A stretch of DNA of 63,957 bases, the filler included, from Octopus bimaculoides (lineage: Eukaryota): NCBI RefSeq assembly GCF_001194135.2. It is 7 parts of 7 records of this genome, joined end to end, with 100 filler letters (N's around TTAATTAATTAA, not from the genome) between each part and the next. Parts side by side here need not be neighbours in the genome. Positions count along the whole stretch, not along the records: positions 23,114 to 40,811 come from NC_068996.1; 6 more parts are not named here. One strand, written 5' to 3'. The notes under the pieces were generated by a model that was given only the letters and a program-made list of their open reading frames with translations, did not search any database and was not told the origin of the DNA. A program made the translations under genes and the position numbers. Of the stretch, positions 26,140 to 38,530 are shown one piece after another. How positions within the stretch are numbered: position 1 is the first letter of the stretch; each line of letters begins with the position of its first letter.

Positions 26140-27440
26140 ACAGATTTCTTTCCTTCCTTCCTTTCTGTCTTTCTTTCTTTCTCAGCCACACAGGGCTGAA
26201 CACAGAGGGGACAAAATACAATGTAGAGTTTTTCTTTTCATAAGAAAAAAAAGAGGAGGAAAAAATTCCAATCAAAAGGGACCGTGTATCAGAGAACAGA
26301 GTAAAAATGTAAAAAACAGATTAGGTTTATCTGTGGAAAGTAAGCCTACAAAAAAGACCACGGTAACTTCAGGCAGGGAGGGAAAAAACTCATGAGAGCA
26401 AAGTGCTTTCTCTCTCTCTGTTTTGGATTTACAGGAACATGCTCAAAGTGATTTTGTCATTCGTGCGTAACCATCTTGCTACATTCACCCACCTTTTATT
26501 GAATCTTTCATGAGACAAAACTTGCCTCTCTATTCTCACCTTCCTTTTCAAGTGGTACTTGAAAAATTTGATGAGCGATTGGCCAGAGAGGAAAGTGTTT
26601 GTCTCTAAACCTTTCACTCGAGTCCACCACGAACATTCTTTCACCATGGCCACCAGTATGAGGAAAACTGCCTTGCCTTCCAGGTTGAGGGAAGATGGTG
26701 GAGCAATTGTCATGATAGACTTGGCCAACAACCAAATTCATCCCACACTTGACAGCAGCTGTTTGGCATAAGCCCATGGGTCCAAAATGGTTGGACACTG
26801 CACGAGTGCATGCAGAATAGTTTTGTCACTCTAACTGCATCTTGAGCAAGTTGGTCTGGTGTATCTTGAACCGGGCCTATAGAGCTTATCTTGAACAGGC
26901 AATGCTTCCTGATAGCACTGCCAGGCCAGAGATCTCTGGTGATTGTCCATAGGTCCCAGCCCGAAAGTTGTCCTGAACAGGCGGGTCAGGTGTTTCTCGT
27001 CGACATCTAGATTCTCCCCGAGAATGTTTCGCACCTCCCCTCTATTAATTCTCTATAGAACGCCTTCATGGAATTGAAGTCGCACAAGTTTGGTCCCAGA
27101 CAGCAGAATTGCTTGAGAGCAAGGTGGCACTCATGGTGCCATTTGCCTAACCTCAGTCTCTGTTTGATCCATGACTGCAGTTCGGCCAAAGAGATGAGCT
27201 GCAGGAAAGTGTGCCTCACAAACAGCGACCATACCTGTTCACTATTGCCTATGAAGCGTCGGAGATGTCGCAGTCCCAGCACATGTCTGTGCATCATCTG
27301 CCACAGCATGCCCAGCCCTCCATTTAGCAGGTGTTGACAGCAAATGGATCGCCTAACCATCGGAATGCTTCCTTTCCACAAAGAGCAGAGGAGTATGCGT
27401 TCCAGTTTGGTGATGGTAGGGTCAGGACAAGGCACGATAG
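26140..27440 (-). mobile_element. Tx1/L1-clade LINE 3' portion (late RT, zf-RVT, 3' UTR, (GAAA)n tail)
   Basis: SLWKGSIPMVRRSICCQHLLNGGLG (FLW..GGLG motif); LAWQCYQEALPVQDKL..PTCSRCS*SDKTILHALVQCP (CCHC knuckle); tail of gaaa repeats at ~26140-26182. Confidence 0.85.
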
Positions 27441-28064
27441 TCAGGTGGTAAGTTGAGTGTCTTGTATATGATTATTATTTTTTAAAAATATCTTCTATGA
27501 TTTTTTTGCAGTTGTATAATGTGTTCATCTTTTTTAAACATTGTCTTGCAAGCAAGCAGTTCTTCCTTTGATAAGGACATAGGTTTCTTCTTCAGCTTTA
27601 AAGCTGCAGCAGAATTGTTTTGTGTTCGAGTTGGTTGTGGTGGTGGCAGTGGTGGAGGCAGTATTTGTAGTAGTAAGCATTGTCTTTACTTTGTTTATGT
27701 CTTCTATGGCTAGACTGGCATTCTTGTCTCTCCACCTTCGGTAGTGGCTAGTGGCAGGAAGTCAGTGAGAGTGGTTTCTTCATTCCATTTAGCCATTTTC
27801 ATTTAGAAGATGGCAAAAGAAAACTGAAGAAAAAATTTTTTTTTAATTTTGAAAATTCACCCACAGTGGGGACAGGGGAATTTCCTATTAACAGATTTAC
27901 TGAAGGAGAAGATGTTAAACACATATTTGACAAAAAATATTTAACAACAAACAGTTTTTTCTATACAAATAAAGCCAACTTACTTGGAGCCAATCTGTCA
28001 ACAATCCATTCAGACAGACAGACATATGTGTACATGTATGTGTATTATATGTGTGTGTGTGTCT

Positions 28065-28330
28065 GTGTATGTATGGTCATGAATTTGATTCCCAGTGGCA
28101 CATTGTGTCCTTGAGCAAGACACTTTATTTTTCGTAGCTCCAGTCCACTCAGCTGACAAAAATGAGATGTATATGTATTTCAAAGGGCCAACCTTGTCAC
28201 ATTCTGTGTCACGCTGAATCTACCTGAAAACTGTGTTAAGGTGTTGCATGTCTGTGGAGTCCTCAGCCACTTGCATGTTAATTTCATGAGTTAACTCTTC
28301 TCTGATCCAATCATCTGGAACCCTCACCAT
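28065..28330 (+). mobile_element. CORE-type SINE family D
   Basis: ttgattccc...ttgtgtccttgagcaagacacttt...ctccagtccactcagctg..aaatgag is MIR/CORE-like. A reverse copy lies at 39600-39740. Confidence 0.7.
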
Positions 28331-28339
28331 TATAACTGA

Positions 28340-28670
28340 CAGGACTGGCTCCTGTGCAGGTGGCATGTAAAATACACCATTTTGAGCGTGGCCGTTGCTA
28401 GTATCGCCTGAATGGCCTTCGTGCCAGTGGTACGTAAAGCACACCAAATGATCGTGGTCGTTGCCAGCCCCTCCTAGCCCCTGTGCCGGTGGCACGTAAA
28501 AGCACCCACTACACTCTCTGAGTGGTTGGCGTTAGGAAGGGTATCCAGCTGTAGAAACTCTGCCAGATCATAATGGAGTCTAGTGTAGCCATCTGGTTCA
28601 CCAGTCCTCAGTCAAATCGTCTAACCCATGCTAGCAAGAAAAGCGGATGTTAAACGACGACGATGATGAT
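28340..28670 (+). mobile_element. RTE-clade LINE 3' UTR fragment with (GAT)n tail
   Basis: gagtggttggcgttaggaaggg...aacccatgctagc...gatgttaaacgacgacgatgatgat. The same sequence is linked to an RTE-like ORF end at 37640-38195. Confidence 0.75.
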
Positions 28671-28675
28671 ATATG

Positions 28676-28766
<91 letters not shown>

Positions 28767-29598
28767 GCTTGATTGCTAAATCCACACATTTAAAAAAAAT
28801 TTTTCTCTGTTTATTTTCTCTTATTCCTTTCTGTCGAAGAACGTAGGCTTGAAACGTAAAAGACTTTCTCACTTTCCTGAGTGTCAAACTAATGCACTTG
28901 CTTATTGTTCATATACCTGTCTTCATCTTTTGTTTTTCTGTGAATTTCGTGTGTGTGTGTGTGTAGACAAACAATGAGAAATACATTATACATTACAGAA
29001 TTCCATGTTGTGGTAAAATTTTACGACTTAAACAAAATTGGTGAAGAATAGAGCAAGATATAGAAGAACAATTAACATATACATATTCCATATGTTTTCC
29101 ATTGTCATAGATTCATTTTTCTAGTGAATGTGTGTATATAAATTATACATACATAATTTATTAACATTATGTAATTGAATATACCAGTCGCTGGCTTTAT
29201 ACAAGCTAGTGCTGCCATAAATTAGAGCAAAAATCTATAAAGACCAGTCGAGATGTTTTTAAAATTACTAGTACTTTCTTTGCTAGTGTAAAGTGCCCTA
29301 CCTTAGGAATTTGATGTGGAAATTTAAAATTCAGAAAGAGTCTATTTTATTAGTGACAGGAATAAATACTTCATAAATACGACAGTTTGTCTTTGTGCAA
29401 GTTTTGGTAGTCTTCATAGATTCTGGCTGTAATGTATGGCAACTCAACCTTATATTAGACCCCTCACCTCTGTCTGTTTTGCCTACTGATGATGGTATTG
29501 TGTGTGTGTATATATATATATATATATGTATATGTATGTATGTATGTATATATATATATATATATATATATNNNNNNNNNNNNNNNNNNNNNNNNNNN

Positions 29599-29904
29599 CC
29601 TTGTTTGTCCCCCCTGTGTGTAGCCCCTTGCGGGCAGTAAAGAAATAAGAAGTTTGCTTCTTAGGCGAGCTGGCAGAGACGTTAGCACGCCGGCCGAAAT
29701 GTTTAGCAGTATTTCGTCTGCCGCTACGTTCTGAGTTCAAATTCCGCCGAGGTCGACTTTGCCTTTCATCCTTTCGAGGTCGATTAAATAAGTACCAGTT
29801 ACGCACTGGGGTCGATGTAATCGACTTCATCCGTTTGTCTGTCCTTGTTTGTCCCCCCTGTGTGTAGCCCCTTGCGGGCAGTAAAGAAATAAGAAGTTTG
29901 CTTC
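29599..29904 (+). mobile_element. SINE family A with alternative tail (type 2): one full copy 29661-29889 preceded by a second tail
   Basis: Head ggcgagctggcagagacgttagc, B-box GAGTTCAAATTCC and central domain, then tail tttgtcccccctgtgtgtagccccttgcgggcagtaaagaaa. 29599-29660 is identical to 29843-29904. Confidence 0.9.
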
Positions 29905-30295
29905 CCAACCACATGGTTCTGGGTTCAATCTCACTGCATGACACCTTGGGCAAGTGTCTTCTATTATGTCTTTAGGTCAACCAAAGCCTTGTGAATGGAT
30001 TTCGAAAATGGAAACTGAAAGAATTTGTGCGTGTATGTGTGTGTGTGTGTGTGTGTATAGAGAGATAGATAGAGACATGAATATATATATATATATATAT
30101 TTATATATATGTATGTATATGTGTGTATGTCTTTCTGTGGTTGGTGTGTTTATGTACCTGTGACCTAGCAATTCAACAAAAGAAACCAATAGAAAAATAC
30201 TAGGTTTAAGGACAAAAGTGTATGTGTTGATTCATTGAACTAAAATTCTTTAAGGAGATGATCCAGTATGGCCACAGTCAAATAACTGAAATAAA
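29890..30295 (+). mobile_element. SINE family B starting within its head (interrupted by SINE A)
   Basis: taagaagtttgcttcccaaccacatgg matches the intact family B head at 55376-55402. Confidence 0.85.
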
Positions 30296-30477
30296 TAAAT
30301 GATAAAATATAAAAGATATCTCCACTAGAAAGGATATCCATATCCAGAGAAAACGCATATAGGATATGTGTTTAATAATTTTGATATATAACGCCAAATA
30401 TAAAGTCACCTCTCTATACTACATTAACACACACACACACACACTCTGTTAAGGGTCTTTTTTCTTTGTCTTGAAAG

Positions 30478-30601
30478 TTATTTTTGGCAACCTCACTGGT
30501 GCTGCTGCCAAGAAAAAAAGTACCCAACAATCTGTAATGTGGATAACATTAGGAAGGGCTGTAGAGATCTTGCCAAAGCTGCAGAGATCTTACCAAAACA
30601 G
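30478..30601 (+). CDS. candidate internal coding exon of an unidentified gene: xYFWQPHWCCCQEKKYPTICNVDNIRKGCRDLAKAAEILPKQ
   Basis: Polypyrimidine acceptor tcttttttctttgtcttgaaAG, donor CAG|GTATCA, open frame over 124 nt (phase 2 to 0), non-repetitive and protein-like. Product not recognised. Confidence 0.6.
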
Positions 30602-30737
30602 GTATCAGAGCTTAATGTACTTTAGCTTTTCAAATCCCATCTATACAATCCCTACAAGCATGGAAGACAGATATTAAATGATGATGATGTGTGTGTATAT
30701 ATATACACATGCATACATATACACACATGCATACATG

Positions 30738-30925
30738 GGTGATGGTGCCACATAAACGCACCCAGTACTTTCGGTAAAATTATTGGCATTAGGAAACACG
30801 TCTAGCCGTAGAAACCATGCCAAAACAGGCATGGAGCCTAGGCAGCTCTTCAGCTGGTCAGCTCCTATGAAACCGTCCAACCCATGCCAGCATGGAAAAC
30901 AGACATTAAATTATGATGATGATGA
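30738..30925 (+). mobile_element. RTE 3' UTR fragment
   Basis: aaaccgtccaacccatgccagcatggaaaacagacattaaattatgatgatgat tail. Confidence 0.75.
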
Positions 30926-30934
30926 TATATATAT

Positions 30935-31085
30935 CATCATTGTCGTCATTTAACATCCTCTTTCCATACTGGCATGGGTTGGACGGTTTGGCTGAGGGTT
31001 GGTGAGCCAGAAGGCCGCACGAGGCTCCAATCTGATCTGGCAAAGTTTCTACAGCTGGATACCTTTCCTAATACCAACCACTCCA
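30935..31085 (-). mobile_element. RTE 3' UTR fragment (inverted relative to its neighbour)
   Basis: catcattgtcgtcatttaacatcc...ggcatgggttggacgg...accaaccactcc. Confidence 0.78.
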
Positions 31086-31969
31086 ATATATACACACACA
31101 CACACATGTGCACACACAGAGTTTAATTCTCATATTCAGGTTCATTTAAGTTTGTTATAATAAAATTGAATTATTCTATTTTATTGAGCTCTTTGCTAAA
31201 CTTTTGCACAAAGTATTCTTTAGTATTTGTTAAAGGTTAAACACTGCAAACAGAGCGGATGAAATTAACCTCATCAGTCAGTCAGTGCACCAGCCTTCCA
31301 TCTTCTTCACTTATATTGAAAACCCTGGAAACCTAAGACAAGACCCACCATTAACCTAAGTGCCTTATCATTGAACTGACAGCTGTAATAGTTGATTGAC
31401 CTCTCCCACAACAACTCTTCTCACATCAGCTCACTGGTACAGATTGATAAAACAAATGTAACATGTAAAAAATGATTTCACCCTAATCACATAATAAAGC
31501 GGATTTCTGCACACTGAAATAAATACAACCCATCAAGTTAGGTAGGAATACTGGATAAAAACTTCTTCAGTGTAAAAGAAATACTTGACAGCAAGTGCTG
31601 TTGCAAGCTATTTTGGTAGCTATAACTCATCGTTCCTCTGAAATTTCTGACTCACGGAGACAACTATTTTCTTCAAGCAGACCTCAGACTGTGTTATATG
31701 TAAGCCCTTGTTACTTAAATCCCTCTCTGCATAATGGAGTGTCTTCAGAGAAAAGAAAGTCTGAATAGAAATTATGTAGGGTGGAGTGAATGCATTAGAA
31801 TCTTCCGAAGCGATCTGCTTCAGTGATAGTGGCCTGATGGAATACCTTCTCTTCACGCTGTGCAGTCTGAGAGATACTTAAGGTTCAGCCAACCGATTAC
31901 AAGTATGGAGTAAACAATAATAGTGTAAATTATAAAGAGGATGACTCAAAACATACCTTTTATCTTTTA

Positions 31970-32202
31970 CTTGTTTCAGTCATTAGACTGCAGCTATTCT
32001 GGGGCATCGCCTTGAAATTTTAGCCGAATAAATCGCCCCCCCCCCCCAGTACTTATTTTATTTTAAGACTGGTTTTTATTTTACCGATGTCATTTGCTGA
32101 ACCGCTAAGTTATGATGATATAAACACACCAACACTGGTTGTCAAGTGGTGATGGGTGGACAAACGCAGACACAAAGACACACACACAAAGATACTCACA
32201 AG

Positions 32203-32261
<59 letters not shown>

Positions 32262-32420
32262 GATAGATTTCTTTTCAGTTTCCGTCTACCAAATCTACTC
32301 ACAAGGCATTGGTCAACCTGAGACTATAGTAGAAGGCACTGACCCAAGGTACCGCACAGTGGGACTGAACCCAGAACCATGTGGTTGACAAGCAAGCTTC
32401 TTATCACACAGCCACTCCTN
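31970..32420 (-). mobile_element. SINE family B
   Basis: Full family B body in reverse, ending accacacagccactcct at the gap. Confidence 0.85.
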
Positions 32421-33412
32421 NNNNNNNNNNNNNNNNNNNNNNNNNNNNNNNNNNNNNNNNNNNNNNNNNNNNNNNNNNNNNNNNNNNNNNNNNNNNNNNN
32501 NNNNNNNNNNNNNNNNNNNNNNNNNNNNNNNNNNNNNNNNNNNNNNNNNNNNNNNNNNNNNNNNNNNNNNNNNNNNNNNNNNNNNNTATATATATATATA
32601 TCTATATATCTACATACATGTACGCATGTTTTTATGCGTGTATATAGATACATGATGTGCATTTAAACAAATAGGAACTAAGAAATATTTTGTGGCATGT
32701 ACTTGATCAACACAGACAAATACTGATATATCAAATACCTTACAACATTAATTCTTAATTCATCAAAATTATCTCCGCCTCCTGAGGATGTGTGCCACAA
32801 TTACCAAAATCATTATTAAGACTGGCTCCATTTGAGAAGATGAGATAATCTCTACTGCGCGTGTGTGTGTTATGTATGTGTGTATATATTTGTATGTGTG
32901 TGTGTGTGTGTATATTATGTATGTGTGTATTATATACCTGTGTATTATGTATTTGTGCATGTGTGTGTGTGTATTATGTGCCTGTGTATATATTTGTTTG
33001 TACTATGTATGTGTTTGTATATATTCTCATCCAAAATGGAGATGAGCACTAACATTCTCAAGTGAATTGCTTGAATAATTATATAGACATATGCAATTAT
33101 GCATAATCTTTGGTTGCCTTGTCAGTCCAAAAATAAAGAATGTTTATCTACCAGTGAGCACTCATTCTCCCTGTTCGATATTTTGTATGTGAAGCCATAA
33201 ATCTCAACACATTTTTTTTCTCTCCTTGTTTTTCTCTCCTTGTTTTTCTCTCTCCTTTTTTTCCTCTCACCCCTTTCTGTCAAAGGCTCAAAATATCAAA
33301 GACTTTTCCCATCTTCTCACATTTGTTTTCTATACATGGACCATATGTGTGTGTGTATCATGTAGGTAGGATAAAATCCAAGTTATGTCTTTTTGAAGAG
33401 CATCTAATTCCT

Positions 33413-33759
33413 GTATTACAATCCAGCTCATAGTTGTTGTATTGATGTGAGGTACATCTTAGAGGTGAAGACTTTGGAAATATTGTTTGGACGATATATA
33501 ACAAAAGAGGAATTTGGAAAAAAATCTTTTGGTATGTATTTCTTCACCATTACACATGTTTCATTTACTAATAGGAATCAAAAAATTGTACATGTTGGAT
33601 AAACATGTAAGAAATTCCCCATTAGACTATCAAAAACATTTCCAACTTCCTGTTGTGTTATATAATAACTTTGCAAACAATATTTCCAGAATTTTCAACT
33701 CTAATATGTATCCCACATCAATACAACAATAACAACAACCACACACTGGATTGTAATAC
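33413..33759. mobile_element. unclassified hairpin MITE with ~100-bp imperfect inverted arms
   Basis: Left gtattacaatccag..gttgttgtattgatgtgaggtacatcttagaggtgaagactttggaaatattgtttg pairs with right caaacaatatttccagaattttcaactctaatatgtatcccacatcaatacaac..ctggattgtaatac. Confidence 0.7.
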
Positions 33760-34725
33760 TAAAATAAGCAGATGTGCTTTATGAGTACATAGCTTGGATT
33801 TTTTTTTTTTTTTTTGTTTCCTTACCTTTGTAATATTCAGCTAAAATACAATCAATCTGATTAGATTTATTTAAGCACTTATAACTGTTAACCTCTAAAA
33901 TGGAAAAAAAAAAAACATTTTGATATTTTGCTGAAGGATATTTCCTATTCCAACTAAAGCTGAATACATGAAATTGTTAATTTACAGAACAAGTTCATTT
34001 ATTATGCATATGCGATGAAAAGCATATTTCTTTGACAAAAACTCATGCTTGGATTCTAAAATAGTATCCACACACTATTTAGAATATTATTTTCAATCTC
34101 AAAAGAATTCACCACAAAACTAACATCATATATATGTTTGTGTATGTGTGTGTTTGTGTGTGTGTGTGAGATGATAAATACAAACAAATTAAAGAAGTAT
34201 TTTGGCTAATTATTCTAGTATTTTAATAATATACTAACATTTTTGTTTTTTTATGTATTTAAGGATAAGGAGCTTGTTAATGTAGATGATTAAAATCAAC
34301 TCCTAGTGTCTTGGAGAATACTGGTTCATAATGCCCCCTTCATGGCTATTTCTCCCTTCCCTTATTGGCAATAAACACTTGACTAATTTTGTGTTTCTTT
34401 AGCAAAGAACCTTCAGGTAGAATGAAGAATTCATTTGTGTTCTTTTAACTAACATTGAAACTCAATTATTCTAAATTATCTTTAATTGCAATTAAGATGT
34501 TTATTTTAACCTCCTTAATAAACTTATGATTCTTCTTTCTTTTTGTATATATATTTATTTATTGTATAATGGAATTAGTGATATTCTTTAAACTTATCAC
34601 AATTTCTTAAGACTTTTACTTACCAATCCTGGGATGACTTGGATTAGTTCTCTTCAGTTTAGTGTGTGTACACACTTATATGAATCTTTCTTTCAAATTC
34701 TCTGTCTGTCTGATTTTCTTTTACC

Positions 34726-34761
<36 letters not shown>

Positions 34762-34799
34762 CTCTCTCTCCCTCTCATTCTCTCTCTCTCTCTCTCTCA

Positions 34800-34843
<44 letters not shown>

Positions 34844-35276
34844 GTCTATCTGTCTATCTATTTCTTCCTCTGTTTCTCCATCTATCTCTTAGTATTTACT
34901 TCCAATTCTTATTACACTTTTTCTCTTCCTATGTCTTTGACCATCTCCCTTCTCTCCTCTCCCACCTCTCTTCTGCTGTTTGTCTACTACCTGTCTGCCC
35001 TGCCTACCTACCTACCTGCCCAGCCAACCTTAAAGTATACCTTTCTGTTAGTCTACCATTTTGATCTTCTTCCTTTCTCTCTTTCTCCGCTTCCTCTCCA
35101 TCGCACTCTACATTTATTTGGCTGCTCTCTTCTTCTGGAGATCTTGAAGCTGTTTCCAAGTTCCATCCATTTTCTCTGCTTGTAAATATTGATTATCTTT
35201 GAGAAGATAACCAGCAGAAGGGAACAGACAGACTATGTTAAAGGAATTTCAGCAGAAATTATTCTACTGTAATGAT

Positions 35277-35308
<32 letters not shown>

Positions 35309-35553
35309 TGCCAACAAAACATTATTAATAGCATTAGTATCAGCTACTGTTGTTGATTGTGTGATGATGGTGGTGGTGGTGGTGACAATTTTTGAGTTTG
35401 CCTGAAAGCTACAATTATGCAAGCAAGAGATTTTACTGTCAACCGAATCCCCTTGTACATTACTGGTACGTATTTTAATAACTTCTACCTCCCTAACCTC
35501 TCCACCACCCCTTCAAACAAGCTGCACCCACAGAGGAATGGAAAGGTTAAATC

Positions 35554-35963
35554 CAGGGACATGCCACCTGGGTAGGTAAGGTAGGCAGTGCCTACCCTGA
35601 ATAAAATAGATCTATAGCAACATTTCCCATTTATCGCAAAATATGCACCAAATTCAATAAAATTATGAAGGTTACTCTCATTACTATGCATAAAATGCAA
35701 ACTATTTCATGTTTTTCGTCAATTAGGTAGGCATAATTTGCCCCTGCTTTTCAATCTCAGTATTTAAGCTACACATTGTAATGCTGTAGTATACATGCTG
35801 TATACATTCCCATAACACTATTTTCTTTACATGCTTATAAAGGCAGAATTAAATCTGCCTTCAACTCAGTCGTGCGCCTGTGTTTTTGCTTATTTTTGGT
35901 GTGTTTTACTACATAAAGATCACCAACTGCCTACCCTGAGTAATTACCGATGGCACATGCCTG
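35554..35963. mobile_element. hAT-superfamily MITE (410 bp)
   Basis: Termini CAGGGACATGCCA...TGGCACATGCCTG, subterminal agggtaggcagt/actgcctaccct, perfect 8-bp TSD GTTAAATC at 35546-35553 and 35964-35971. Confidence 0.85.
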
Positions 35964-36071
35964 GTTAAATCATTCTCAAGATGATCTGAACTCAAAACAG
36001 TAGATATGAACCAATCATTGTTACAGCATTTAAAAGTTGATTCTCTGTTACTTCTGCCTTATACTAATAAT

Positions 36072-36121
<50 letters not shown>

Positions 36122-36731
36122 TATTAATACTAATAATAATAATGATGATGATTTTGAATTTTTCCACAAGGGCAGCAATTTTTAGGGAGGGGATGAGTTG
36201 GTTACATCGACACCAATGCAGATATTTAGAAGTCATGACAATATAAGGTAGAATATCATATATTTAACTTTAGGTCAGTTCCGATCAAGCAGACCAATGA
36301 TCAAAAATGTTCCAACGATGGCCATCCCAACTGTTTTTAAAATATCTAAGATTGCATTGTCCAATTGCAGATTAGAGAGAGATTTGATTGCTTTTTTTTT
36401 TATTATCATGCCATGTGGGGCCCATCACCTTCCCCAACAAACCACCACCACTACCTCAATGGATTTGCCTGTTGTTTATGATGAAAGACTTGTCATGATA
36501 GCTGTCTTTTATCATACATTTCACCACATTTGGTGGTCCATCCTATGTAATCTTGATTGGTGTTTTACAGCTGTTGAAATTTCTTTATCTGTCAAAAAGT
36601 TACCTGTTTTATCCCCAGAAGGAATTGTATTCAGCTTGTTTCCATTAGCATATTTGACAACGACCGAATTCAAATAAACCTGGAGTTAGAGATTTATTGA
36701 TTGCAACATCTATCTATCCATCCATCCATCC

Positions 36732-36788
<57 letters not shown>

Positions 36789-36793
36789 GCTAT

Positions 36794-36880
<87 letters not shown>

Positions 36881-37639
36881 CATATATATATATGGAAAGA
36901 GAGAGAGGGAGGTAGGTGTTTAGTTTGAAAACTGTTCTATAGAATTATATAGACTCTGGTTACGCCTCCATCAGATTATCTGGTCAGGAATTTCTCTGCC
37001 TTTTGTTGACCATTCACAATAAATTAACCGTTTTGTGTGTAGTGGGTGGGAGTGGGGTGGTAGGAAGCTGTTGTTTGTGTTTACCTGAGGTCAGGCCTTA
37101 TCCAGTCAATCTATATATGACGTGTAGATTCAAACAACTAGACATCGTTCAAAGATCTATTGGCTTTGATAAATACCATGCTGCTGGTATTTACAAAGAA
37201 GCACATACTATGCATTCCAAAATGTAACAAAGATGTAAGTGACAACAGTCAGGAATGCTTCAGAAGAGATGACATGATGTAATCGACCAGATCCAAGGAG
37301 CAGAGGCCATTATAGTTACAGTGTAAGAGGTAGATGGAGGAGACAGTGCATGTCTTTGAATAACTTTATGGCAATCACTTAGATGTCATTTTTCTGGATG
37401 CTGTCATTCTAAGATGATAAGGTGTTAATTAGTTAATAAATTATTTAATTGCTGATTGGTTTCTCAATTTTTTTTTATAACTGTGGCCTTTTCAGTGCCT
37501 ACTTCTTTCTGTAAAAACACTCTGTGTAATAGTAATAATAACAATTATAATAGAAATGTTGTTATTCCAATACCATCTACTAAATACACTTTTATTGACT
37601 GTAGTTAACCTTATCGTTACTAAAACACTTTCATTATCG

Positions 37640-38195
37640 TTTAACGTCCGTTTTCTATGCTGGCATGGGTTGGACGGTTCGACTGGAGTCTGGGAAGCCA
37701 GGAGGATGCACCAGGCTCCAATCTGATCTGGCAGTGTTTCTACAGCTGGATGCCCTTACTAACGCCAACCACTCCGAGAGTGTAGTGGGTGCTTTTTACG
37801 TGCCACTGGCACAAGGAGCCAGAGGAGCTAGCATACTTTTTACGTGCATGGAAGCCAGTCAAAGCGGCACTGGCATCGGCCACGTTTGGATGGTGCTTTT
37901 TATGCACTACCGGCCCGAGACTCACAACTACAATTTCCATTTGATTTGATTTTGATATTGCTGTTGATGTTGATGTACTTGACTCAAAGTACATCAAATA
38001 GACTCAAAGTACATCAAATAGGTCTCCTCAAGCACAGCATGTTGCCCTATGATCCAAGGTACTTTTGTGTGAGTTGGTTATGTGACACAGGTGTAGGTTA
38101 CAGCTGTGTACTCACTTTATTTGCCGGGTCTTCTCAGTCACAGCATACCTCCAGAGGTCTTGGTCTTTTGTCATTGCCTGTGTGAGACCCAACAT
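37640..38195 (-). mobile_element. RTE-clade LINE 3' end (ORF C-terminus plus 3' UTR)
   Basis: Minus strand MLGLTQAMTKDQDLWRYAVTEKTRQIK* (cf. RTE A.DR..WR), followed by the 3' UTR found repeatedly in this window. Confidence 0.75.
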
Positions 38196-38229
38196 TCAAA
38201 AGTCATACACACACACACATATATACTTT

Positions 38230-38444
38230 TACTCTTTTACTTATTTTAGTCATTTGACTGGCCATACTGGAGCGCCGCCTTGAAGTGTTTTTAGTCAAAC
38301 AAATCAACCCCAGGACTTTTTTTTTTAAAGCCTAGTACTAATTCCGTCAGTCTCTTTTGGTGAACCACTAGGTTACGGGGATGCAAACACACCAACGCTG
38401 GTGGTCAAGCAGTGATGCAGGGACCAATACAAAGGCACACACCG

Positions 38445-38475
<31 letters not shown>

Positions 38476-38530
38476 CACGCGCGCACACACACACACGCAT
38501 GCACACACAGCAGTCTTCTTTCAGTTTCCA
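38230..38530 (-). mobile_element. SINE family B (3' half)
   Basis: cttatttttagtcatttgactggccatactggagc...ttttcagtttccatcta. Confidence 0.8.

Noticed and set aside
28830-28870. gtcgaagaacgtaggcttgaaacgt, hammerhead-like spacing in a repeat also seen degenerate near 33270
   Set aside because: The CUGANGA box is broken and helices cannot be formed from this copy.
31592-31699. Possible phase 0-0 exon QVLLQAILVAITHRSSEISDSRRQLFSSSRPQTVLY with donor GTAAGC
   Set aside because: Purine-rich, weak acceptor and competing frames/strands; cannot be supported without RNA data.
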